Origin: Candidatus Latescibacterota bacterium
GTDB taxonomy: Bacteria > Latescibacterota > UBA2968 > UBA8231
DNA: 29,679 nt
Direction of reading: 5' to 3'
Assembly: GCA_965205655.1 (NCBI GenBank)
Contig: CBDBIJ010000043.1
Location: 1-29,679, forward strand
Shown here piece after piece: positions 8,799 to 16,447 of this stretch (position 1 is the stretch's first letter; each line of letters begins with the position of its first letter). The translations under genes and the position numbers were made by a program. Below the pieces are notes generated by a model, which did not search any database, had not been told where the DNA came from, and saw nothing but the letters and a program-made list of their open reading frames with translations.

Positions 8799-9703
8799 GC
8801 CAGACCCAGTCGCCCTCCAGGAAGCGGCCGTACAGGCTGCAGCGTGTGTGTCGGGTCTGGCAGTTTCCTCGCTCCACCGTCCACGAGCATCGGCGTCGGG
8901 CGGCTCTGCGTCCGGAGGAGCGTCTTGAGCGGAAGAAACGAGGTCCCCAAGGGCCGTGTACCGACGATGAGCTAGCTGAGAAGATTCGCGAGTTGCTGAA
9001 GGCGTCCCCCTTTCACGGGGAAGGCTACCGCAAGATGTGGGCCCAGCTGCGGGCGCAGGACATCCGCACCTCGAAGGAACGCGTACGCCGTGTGATGCGC
9101 GAGCACGGCCTGCAGGTGCCGCAACGCGCCGGCCAGCCAAGGGGCCCGCAAGCACACGACGGGACGATCACCACCGAGCGACCAGACCAGATGTGGGGAA
9201 CCGACTTGACCACCACCGTGACCACCGGCGAAGGCACAGCTACGGTCTTCGTGGCTGTCGACCACTGCAGCTCGGAGTGCATCGGCATTCATGCAGCGGC
9301 CACAGGCGACCGTTTCGAGGCCCTGGAGCCGATCCACCAGGGAGTCCGCGAACACTTCGGCGGCGGCGACAAGGGTATCGCCGGGGGGCTGCAGCTGCGC
9401 CACGATCATGGCTCTGCGTACATGTCCGACCACTTCCAGAAACAGATCGACTTCCTGGGCATCGAGTCGTCGCCCAGCTTCGTGCGTGCCCCGGAGGGCA
9501 ATGGCTGCTCCGAGCGATTCATCCGCACCCTCAAGGAGAATCTCCTGTGGGTCCGATACTTTGCCACGGTCGAAGAGCTCCGTCTTGCCCTGCTCGAATT
9601 CAAGAGAGTCTACAACGAGAAGTGGCTCCTCGAGCGACACAACTATCAGACGCCAAACCAGGTGCGCCGGAGCTTCCAGCAGGAGTTGTCCAAGGCGGCC
9701 TGA
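8795..9703 (+). CDS. IS3-family OrfB (DDE integrase core)
   Basis: GYRK, WGTDLT (D), RHDHGS (D), SERFIRTLKE (E); ATGA overlap with orfA. Confidence 0.93.
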   Translation: MSQTQSPSRKRPYRLQRVCRVWQFPRSTVHEHRRRAALRPEERLERKKRGPQGPCTDDELAEKIRELLKASPFHGEGYRKMWAQLRAQDIRTSKERVRRVMREHGLQVPQRAGQPRGPQAHDGTITTERPDQMWGTDLTTTVTTGEGTATVFVAVDHCSSECIGIHAAATGDRFEALEPIHQGVREHFGGGDKGIAGGLQLRHDHGSAYMSDHFQKQIDFLGIESSPSFVRAPEGNGCSERFIRTLKENLLWVRYFATVEELRLALLEFKRVYNEKWLLERHNYQTPNQVRRSFQQELSKAA

Positions 9704-9743
9704 CCATCCGCCAAATCAGTGTCCAGAAACCCAGGGCTTTACA

Positions 9744-10296
9744 GCAGCTCGAACTCTTCCCGGCTGAGTTTCGGCTTTTCCAACACCTCGTCAGGCACGG
9801 AGAGCATGCCGATGTCGTGGATGAGCGCACACAGGCCCAGCGCCAGGCTGCGGCGTTCGTTGAACCCCAGTTCGATAGCGAGTCGCACGGAGAGTAAAGC
9901 GACGTTCGCCGTCCGCACAGCCCACGAGCGCTCCTCGTTGCGCTGACGGACCGACTCGGTCAGAAGGCCGTCGTCTTCCCGGAAGGATCTGATAGCGCCG
10001 GTGATGGCGCGTATGAGGAGATCTGAATCGGGACTGCCGCTCGATTCGCCTGCTGCCTCAAAGGCATTCATCGCAGCCGCAGTCAGCGAGTCATAGGCGT
10101 CGAGTGTCGGATCCTGGGATTCTGCCTCCTCTGACTCCTGCAGAAAGGACTGCGGCAGGATGCCGGTGGCCTCGGCAAAAAGTGCGTCGATACCTTGCTG
10201 GTCCAGAGAGCGCGCCTGTGCACGGCGGTCCTTTCTGGGTACCTCCGTGCCTCGAGCCTCACTGGCGAGCCGCACCATTTGACGCGGTTTAAACAC
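9744..10296 (-). pseudogene. HD-GYP domain protein, 5' fragment
   Basis: ALIHDIGM...VLEKPKLSREEFELL. The rejoined gene is 553+518=1071 nt (356 aa plus stop). Confidence 0.9.
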
Positions 10297-10310
10297 CGCG
10301 AGTTCAACCA

Positions 10311-10344
10311 GTCAACGCAACACCTTCGTCAACGCAACACCTTC
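10311..10344. repeat. Perfect 17-bp tandem duplication GTCAACGCAACACCTTC x2 overlapping the IS30 terminal repeat
   Basis: Copies at 10311-10327 and 10328-10344. Confidence 0.95.
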
Positions 10345-11481
10345 ATTGAAGCGTTCTGCGGGTGAAACGAACCCCAACGTCTTCCGCGGGCGCTGGTTCA
10401 GTTGAAGAGCGACTCTGTGCAGGTCGGCTTGGGAGAATAGCGACAGATCGGTCTTCCTCGGGAAGTACTGTCGAAGAAGGCGATTCGTGTTCTCATTTGT
10501 GCCTCGTTGCCAGGGACTCTGAGGATCACAGAAATACACCTCGACGTCAGTTGCGATCGAGAACTCCTTGTGCCGAGCTAGCTCCATTCCTCGATCCCAG
10601 GTAAGGGACAACCGCACCGCGGAGGGGAGTCGTTTCACCTGGCTGATCAGCGCTCTGACAACGGTCTCGGTGTCTTTGCCGTTGAGCTTCACGAGCATCG
10701 TGAACCGAGACTGCCGCTCCACCAACGTGGCGATGTGCGTGTTGTTCGACCCCGAGATCAAGTCTCCCTCCCAGTGGCCGGGAACGGCGCGGTCCTCGAT
10801 CTCGGCAGGCCGCTCGCTGATGGATACGGCGTCGACGATCCGGCCTCTCGGCTGATCGCGTGTGCTTGCCTTCTTGGATCGCCGCATCATCCTTCGCGTC
10901 CGCAGATGCGCAATGAGGTCCTTGTTGAGTGCCCCGCGTGCCTGGATGAAGAGAGTTCGATAGATCGTTTCGTGGGATATCTGCATATTTCCTAAAAGCG
11001 CATACTCCCGCTTCAGCCATCCCGATATCTGCTCAGGTGACCACTTCAGGCGTAGCTTGTCCGCCACGACTCGCCGCAAACGAAGATTGGATGCGAGTCG
11101 GCAGCATTTCGGCCGGCTGGCGCGCGTCCAGGCTGCTTGGTCGGCGACGTTTGCTCGGTACCTTTGCCGCCCGCCATTGCGGGCAATCTCTCGGCTAACC
11201 GTCGAGGGTGCACGCTCAACAGCGGCCGCAATTATTCGTATCGATTTTCCCGCAGCGATACCTCGAGAGATCTCTTCACGCTCTTCCCAGCCAAGAGCCC
11301 ATCGAGAGCGTCGACGCGGCATTGGTACGATGCCCCCATTGGCGGTGATGACACCATGAATCGACGCCGGATGCTTCCCGAGCGCCCGACCAATATCGCT
11401 ATGCGACTGGCCGCTCTTCCATCGACGCCATACCTCCAACTTCTGTGACGCGGACAATCCTGGTCGTCCCATTTGAGCCAT
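10312..11481 (-). CDS. IS30-family transposase (long form with an extra N-terminal HTH)
   Basis: WSPEQISGWL, SHETIY, GHWEGDLI (D), LTWDRGME (D), QRGTNENTNRLLRQY (E). ATG 11481 lies behind AGGAGA. Confidence 0.96.
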   Translation of the reverse strand: MAQMGRPGLSASQKLEVWRRWKSGQSHSDIGRALGKHPASIHGVITANGGIVPMPRRRSRWALGWEEREEISRGIAAGKSIRIIAAAVERAPSTVSREIARNGGRQRYRANVADQAAWTRASRPKCCRLASNLRLRRVVADKLRLKWSPEQISGWLKREYALLGNMQISHETIYRTLFIQARGALNKDLIAHLRTRRMMRRSKKASTRDQPRGRIVDAVSISERPAEIEDRAVPGHWEGDLISGSNNTHIATLVERQSRFTMLVKLNGKDTETVVRALISQVKRLPSAVRLSLTWDRGMELARHKEFSIATDVEVYFCDPQSPWQRGTNENTNRLLRQYFPRKTDLSLFSQADLHRVALQLNQRPRKTLGFVSPAERFNEGVALTKVLR

Positions 11482-11543
11482 GTGCAACATCTCCTATGAT
11501 TAGATTAGTGGGGAGAATGTTGCATTGACCGATTGAATATACC

Positions 11544-12358
11544 ACGGCTTTCCTCTTCGTTCAGAATCAGCCTGTAGACGAGGTCTTCATCGACGCCCTG
11601 CGCCTGGCGGCTGAAGCCGATGACGAGACAGATGTCGCAGAGGTGATTGATACGGCGTGGAATGCCGCCCGAGTACTGGGCGATCATTTCGACGGCATCG
11701 GGGGAGAAGATCATGCGCTCCTGGCCGGCCACTTCGAGGCGCAGCTCGATATAGGGCCCCACGTGCTCCTTTTCAAGGGGTCGCATCACGCCGCGGGCGG
11801 AGAGGCGTTCGTCGAGCACGGCGTACTCACCGATGCGCTGCGCCAGGGCAGGCTGTCCCACCAGGACGAGAGTCAGGAGAAAGGCATCGTTGAGTTGCAG
11901 GTTGAGAAGCAGGCAGAACTCTTCGAAAAACCGGGGGTCTTCGAGCATCTGTCCCTCGTCGACGATGACGACGGTGTCTTTGCCGGCAGAGAACCTCTCG
12001 AAAAGCAGGGCATTCAGCCGGTGAAGGATCTGAGTCCAGTTTTCCGCATGCACCTCGTCTTCTTCCTCGCCCACCTGGAAGAGGATCTCTCGCACAATCT
12101 CATCGGGCCCGCGGCACGGGTTTGCCAGCAGCGCCACATCCGTGTTGTCCGCGTCGAGCTCCTGTATGAGGGCCCGTGACAGCATCGTTTTACCGCAGCC
12201 TGAGTCGCCTGTCAGCATCACCGCTCCCCGGTTGCTCTTGACTGCATACAGCAATCGGGAATATGTCTCCAGAAAATTTCGGGAGACCTGTACAGGTACC
12301 GCGGATCAGGCGTGTTCTCGAAGGGCTTTTCCTGAAGATTCCAGTAGGAACGATACAT
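11544..12358 (-). pseudogene. ExeA/GspA-family AAA ATPase, frameshifted near 12270-12280, with its last two codons displaced by IS30
   Basis: N-terminus MYRSYWNLQEKPFENTPDPRYLY in one frame, then FLETYSRLLY...GDSGCGKT, VIVDEGQ, LVGQP, SGGIPRRINHLCD in another. The frameshift could be a sequencing error. Confidence 0.85.
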
Positions 12359-12454
12359 GCCAGATTCGGCCTGCCGTGACGCGATCGGGGAGCGAATCTC
12401 GAGGCCAGGTCGGGGGCGCAAATGGCCTTAAGTCAACCAAAAACACTCTCTTAA

Positions 12455-12483
12455 GGGATACCCCCAGAGGCTGGAATTGTCAA
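12455..12483 (-). promoter_or_regulatory. Possible sigma-70 promoter for the ExeA-like/HD-GYP operon
   Basis: TTGACA (12483-12478), 17-nt spacer, TATCCC (weak -10), about 100 nt upstream of ATG 12358. Confidence 0.3.
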
Positions 12484-12664
12484 GAAACGGATTGCGCCAT
12501 GCTCGCAAGAGCCTCCCGAAGGCAGTTTATCCAATCCACTAAGAGCCTGGGCAAATGGGATTGTGTCCCGGGGAGCTTTTAGTGAGTTTTTCCTCAAAGA
12601 CTATGGCCCTAGGCACGTGCGAGATCGGGGAGATTCCTCGACAGATCTAATGGAGTCGGATTTC

Positions 12665-13639
12665 GTGAGTGACGTGACACAGCAACCGGCGGCGAAGACG
12701 CGATTCTCCCCTCTTGGCATTGCCCCATACGCCCGTATGGTGATGGGGCTCGTCTTTCTCGTCGCCGGAGCCGCGAAGGTGTGGGTTCCGGTTCAGTTCT
12801 ACTGGGAGGCTATCTCCTACCTCGAGCTGCTGGAAACGAACCGAGAGATGTGGCCTGAGTTGGCTCGCATGATGCTGCTCATGGGTCCCATCGAGTGTGG
12901 TATCGGGCTGGCCCTGCTGTCGAACTGGCAGCCCCGCTACCTGCTGCCGGTGGCGACCGCGGCAATGGTTGTGTTCGTGGCCATCACGTTCTACAACTGG
13001 CAACAGGGCGCCAACGTGGATTGCGGCTGCTTCGGCGCCCTCGTCGATCGCTCTCCGGGTGAGGCGGTGGTCGAGGACGGGATCATGCTCGTGCTCTTGC
13101 TCGTCGCCTGGCGCTGGGGGACGGGCTCTCTGCCGTCGCACTGGCCGCCAGCGGGCCGCGTGGTCAAACTCGGCACGATCGCCACGCTGCTCGTCCTCGC
13201 CGTGAGGTTCTATCCCGAAGCCGACCGCGTTGAGAATTCGGATCTGAAGGCCGGCGTCGAACTGACCGGCATCGGTCTCGATGGGGTGGACGTCAACCTG
13301 GGCGAAGGGGAGTATCTGGTCGAGCTCTTCAATCCGAACTGCGCCAGATGCAAGAAAGCCGTTCCTAAGTTGAACCGATATGCGCAGTCGGCAGACATTC
13401 CTGCCGTCGTAGCCCTCAGCGTCTACGCCCAGGACTCCGAAGATCTGAAGAGGTTCAGGGAACAGATGAAGCCCAAGTTCGACATCGCCACGATTTCAAC
13501 CTCGGATTGGAAGCGGCTGACCTGGAACCACGGTTGGCCGAGGATGGCCTACGTGCGCGACGGCGTCGTCGAGCGCGTGTGGGAGCACTTCGAGATGCCG
13601 ACCATGAAGCAGCTCAAGCGGCTGATCGCAGGCAGTTAG
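12665..13639 (+). CDS. MauE/DoxX-family membrane protein fused to a thioredoxin-like domain
   Basis: RMVMGLVFLVAGAAK, IECGIGLALL, DCGCFG, several hydrophobic helices, then FNPNCARCK (CxxC) and a WP motif at the cis-Pro position. Start inferred at GTG 12665 (GGAG at 12652); 12650 is an alternative. Confidence 0.8.
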   Translation: MSDVTQQPAAKTRFSPLGIAPYARMVMGLVFLVAGAAKVWVPVQFYWEAISYLELLETNREMWPELARMMLLMGPIECGIGLALLSNWQPRYLLPVATAAMVVFVAITFYNWQQGANVDCGCFGALVDRSPGEAVVEDGIMLVLLLVAWRWGTGSLPSHWPPAGRVVKLGTIATLLVLAVRFYPEADRVENSDLKAGVELTGIGLDGVDVNLGEGEYLVELFNPNCARCKKAVPKLNRYAQSADIPAVVALSVYAQDSEDLKRFREQMKPKFDIATISTSDWKRLTWNHGWPRMAYVRDGVVERVWEHFEMPTMKQLKRLIAGS

Positions 13640-13640
13640 T

Positions 13641-14516
13641 CTGATCCACGGCGCCCTCCGATTTCTGCGTCACCTGAGAGTCCGCTTTCAGCTCGTACTC
13701 GCTCCAATCTTCCTCTTCGGATACGCCCTCGGCGGTGGCCCGGCCACCGCCGGACTGCTCGCCATGTTTCTTCTCCTCCATCTGTGCGTCTACGGAGGAG
13801 CCACGGCCTACAACTCCTCCTACGACCGCGACCGGGGACCCGTGGGTGGCATGAAGTACCCGCCCGAGTGTGGCCTCACTGAGCGCTACGGCGGTCTGAT
13901 GCTTCAGGTCTTCGGGGTCGCCGGGATGAGCCTGTGGGGGTGGGTGCTCGCTCTGTGCGCTGCGGTGATGGTCGTTATGGGGACCGCCTACTCCCATCCT
14001 CGCTGGCGCTGGAAGGCGCGTCCGCTCCTGAGTCTCGGCGCCGTGGCTTTGGGGCAGGGGGTTATACCATTCTACATGGGATTTCTGGCGGCGACATCAC
14101 TCGCGATGCCGGGCTGGCAGGTTGCTCTGCCGGCGGCCGCTTCCGCCCTTCTCATCACCGGCCTCTATCCATTGACGCAGGTCTACCAGATCGATGAGGA
14201 CGACCGGCGCGGCGACCGGACCTTCGCTGTTCGCTACGGCCCGGACGTCGTCTTTCGCTTCGCTCGCTTCAGCATCGCAGGAGGAGTGGCGCTGACGGGG
14301 TTGTCCCTGGCCTCCTTCGGAATCGTAGAGACTTCCTGGCTTGCAGCACTGCCTCTCGGGTACGCGATTTTCTGGCTGACACTCGGGCATTGGCAACGGC
14401 GGTTCGACGCCCAGACGGTTTACGAGAACCACGACTGGGCCTTTCGGCTCAGCGCTGCAGCGTCGCTGTTGTTCTGGGGTTTCTGCCTGGCCGAGATAAT
14501 CGCCAATGGCTCCTGA
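13641..14516 (+). CDS. UbiA-superfamily membrane prenyltransferase
   Basis: YNSSYDRDRG and YQIDEDDRRGDRT Asp-rich motifs with multiple TM helices. The frame is open upstream of ATG 13764 and encodes HLRVRFQLVLAPIFLFGY, so the start is placed at CTG 13641 (uncertain). Confidence 0.82.
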   Translation: MIHGALRFLRHLRVRFQLVLAPIFLFGYALGGGPATAGLLAMFLLLHLCVYGGATAYNSSYDRDRGPVGGMKYPPECGLTERYGGLMLQVFGVAGMSLWGWVLALCAAVMVVMGTAYSHPRWRWKARPLLSLGAVALGQGVIPFYMGFLAATSLAMPGWQVALPAAASALLITGLYPLTQVYQIDEDDRRGDRTFAVRYGPDVVFRFARFSIAGGVALTGLSLASFGIVETSWLAALPLGYAIFWLTLGHWQRRFDAQTVYENHDWAFRLSAAASLLFWGFCLAEIIANGS

Positions 14517-15624
14517 GGCAGGTGTCGTGAGTAGCGCAATCTGGTCCATTGGCACGGCGGTGCCCGACACTCGAGTGAGTCGCAGACAGGCTCTGCGATT
14601 CATGAGGGCCTGTCACGAATCCGAGCCGGATCTCGGGCGCCGGCTCGACTACATCTACCGGCGCTCCCGCATCGACTGTCGTCACAGCTGCTGCCCCGAG
14701 TTCGCCCGGCCGCCGGGGAGCGGGGAAGAGCGAGGGGAGGACGGCGCGGCCGACTCGTATCTGTTCGGCGAGCCGCGGCTGGAGTGTCGCATGAACCGGT
14801 TCGAAGCAGCTGTGGTGCCTCTCGCCCTCAAGGCCTCGACGCGGGCGCTGGCGAAACTGAACGGTTTCAGCTCGGAGGAGGTGACCCACCTCATCGCCGT
14901 GACCTGCACCGGCTTCTTTGCTCCGGGGCCCGAGGTCGTCCTTGCCGAGAAGCTCGGACTCCGGAGCGACATCCAACGGCTCCAGATCGGTTTCATGGGG
15001 TGCCAGGCAGCCCTCCAGGGCCTGCAGGTCGCCGATGCCATCTGCCGCAGCGACTCCGGGGCGGTCGTGCTGATGGTGTGTGCCGAGCTCTGCACCATCC
15101 ATTTTCATCGCCAGTCGACTCCAGAAAATCTTGTCGTCAACAGCCTCTTCGCGGACGGAGCCGCAGCAGCCGTAATTAGTTATCGTCAATTGGCTGTCAC
15201 ACAACGCTTTACGATCTGCGACTTCTATTCTCAGGTCATGCCTAACAGCCGTCACTTCATCTCCTGGCGGATTGGGGAGACGAGCTTTCGAATGGGCCTC
15301 GACCCGGGCACTCCGAAGGCTGTGCGGGAATACCTCCCCGATTTCGTCGACTCTCTGCTGTCAAAGGCGGGTTGGCGCTGGGCGGATGTCGCCGGCTGGG
15401 CAATCCATCCCGGCGGGCGGGCCATTCTCGACGCAGCCGAAAAGTGCCTGAACCTGTCGCACGAGCAGCTGGCCCCATCGTGGGAGGTCCTACGCTGCTT
15501 CGGCAACATGTCCTCTCCGACGATCCTCTTCGTCCTCGACCGGACAGAAGCGCCACAGGGCCTCGCCCTCTCCTTTGGGCCCGGACTGAGTATGGAGGGG
15601 GTGTCCTGGAGGCGCGGTTCGTAG
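14506..15624 (+). CDS. Type III polyketide synthase (chalcone synthase-like)
   Basis: Catalytic triad GFMGC, WAIHPGG, FGNMSS; also VTCTG, ELCTIH, LFADGA, FGPGL. Confidence 0.96.
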   Translation: MAPEAGVVSSAIWSIGTAVPDTRVSRRQALRFMRACHESEPDLGRRLDYIYRRSRIDCRHSCCPEFARPPGSGEERGEDGAADSYLFGEPRLECRMNRFEAAVVPLALKASTRALAKLNGFSSEEVTHLIAVTCTGFFAPGPEVVLAEKLGLRSDIQRLQIGFMGCQAALQGLQVADAICRSDSGAVVLMVCAELCTIHFHRQSTPENLVVNSLFADGAAAAVISYRQLAVTQRFTICDFYSQVMPNSRHFISWRIGETSFRMGLDPGTPKAVREYLPDFVDSLLSKAGWRWADVAGWAIHPGGRAILDAAEKCLNLSHEQLAPSWEVLRCFGNMSSPTILFVLDRTEAPQGLALSFGPGLSMEGVSWRRGS

Positions 15625-16410
15625 ATGGTCGATCTGAGACGCCGCGGCCGCGATTCGGAGTTTATGGACCGAGGCGATGTCGGCGGCCAGGCGCTGGTGT
15701 CCGCCCTCGTGGAGCTGGAGCTGATCAATCGTTTTCTGGGTGGACACAGCAGTTCGACTCGCGCTTTAGAGCAGCTGGTCACATCCGATGGGGGGCGGGC
15801 AGCGCCGGGAATCGGACCGGTGCGCGTTCTCGATGTCGGCTCCGGCGGCTCGGATGTAGCGCTCGCGTTCCTCGATTGGGCCCGCGCGCGGAGGGTGGAC
15901 CTTCACGTAGTCGCGGTGGACTTCAATCAGCAGGCCTGCGACTACGTCACACGAAAGACTGCCGCCCGTACAGGAGTGTCCGCTGTTAGGGCGGACGCCT
16001 TCAGCATGCCGTTTGCAGATGCCTCATTCGACTACGTCCATTGCAGTCTCTTCCTCCATCACTTCGAGGGGCCTGAGGCGACCCGCCTGCTACGGGCCCT
16101 CTTCGCCCTGAGCCGGCGAGGACTCATCGTCAACGACCTCCATCGCCACCCGATCGCCTACTGGGCCGTAAAGTGGGGCTCGGCCCTGCTGTCGAGGAGC
16201 TACATGGTTCGCCACGACGGGCCTGTGTCGGTGCGACGGGGATTCTCGAGGAGGGAGTTGATCGAACTCGCCCGGTCGAGCGGATTCCGCTGGAGCGTCC
16301 TGCGGTGGCGATGGGCTTTTCGGTATGTCGCCGTGGCCGCCAAAGCTGCGGCGGCGCAGGAGGCGACGGAGCAAGAGACCGCGCCGACCCCACAAGGACG
16401 CGGTAGTTGA
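15625..16410 (+). CDS. SAM-dependent methyltransferase
   Basis: EFMD...LELINRFLGG, VLDVGSGGSD, SLFLHHF, IVNDLHR, HDGPVSVRRGF. Confidence 0.9.
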   Translation: MVDLRRRGRDSEFMDRGDVGGQALVSALVELELINRFLGGHSSSTRALEQLVTSDGGRAAPGIGPVRVLDVGSGGSDVALAFLDWARARRVDLHVVAVDFNQQACDYVTRKTAARTGVSAVRADAFSMPFADASFDYVHCSLFLHHFEGPEATRLLRALFALSRRGLIVNDLHRHPIAYWAVKWGSALLSRSYMVRHDGPVSVRRGFSRRELIELARSSGFRWSVLRWRWAFRYVAVAAKAAAAQEATEQETAPTPQGRGS

Positions 16411-16447
16411 TGGTCGCCTGCCGAGACAGAATTCATTGCCGGCACAA

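Larger units (their letters stand above)
8403..9743 (+). mobile_element. IS3-family insertion sequence, 1341 bp
   Basis: Right end (reverse complement) TGTAAAGCCCTGGGTTTCTGGACAC versus left TCCAGCGCCCCAGGGTTTTCTTGGACAC. Flanked by GCAG at 8399-8402 and 9744-9747; the match extends to CAGCAG, so the right boundary is uncertain by up to 2 bp. Confidence 0.88.
10297..11543 (-). mobile_element. Second, distinct IS30-family insertion sequence, 1247 bp
   Basis: 26-bp IRs CGCGAGTTCAACCAGTCAACGCAACA and (reverse complement) GGTATATTCAATCGGTCAATGCAACA, 18/26 identical. 2-bp duplication AC at 10295-10296 and 11544-11545. Confidence 0.93.

Noticed and set aside
8760..8800. Programmed -1 frameshift between IS3 orfA and orfB
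   Set aside because: No A-rich slippery heptamer is visible; the ATGA overlap points to translational coupling.
9037..9897. 286-aa ORF overlapping IS3 orfB
   Set aside because: Alternate-frame, low-complexity Arg/Pro/Gly translation that crosses the IS boundary.
10311..10344. CRISPR-like repeat
   Set aside because: Only two adjacent 17-bp copies with no spacer and no cas genes.
12359..12664. Sigma-54 promoter or c-di-GMP riboswitch
   Set aside because: No convincing TGGCAC-N5-TTGC match at the candidate sites I examined; GGGCAAA at 12549 lacks the rest of the GEMM motif.
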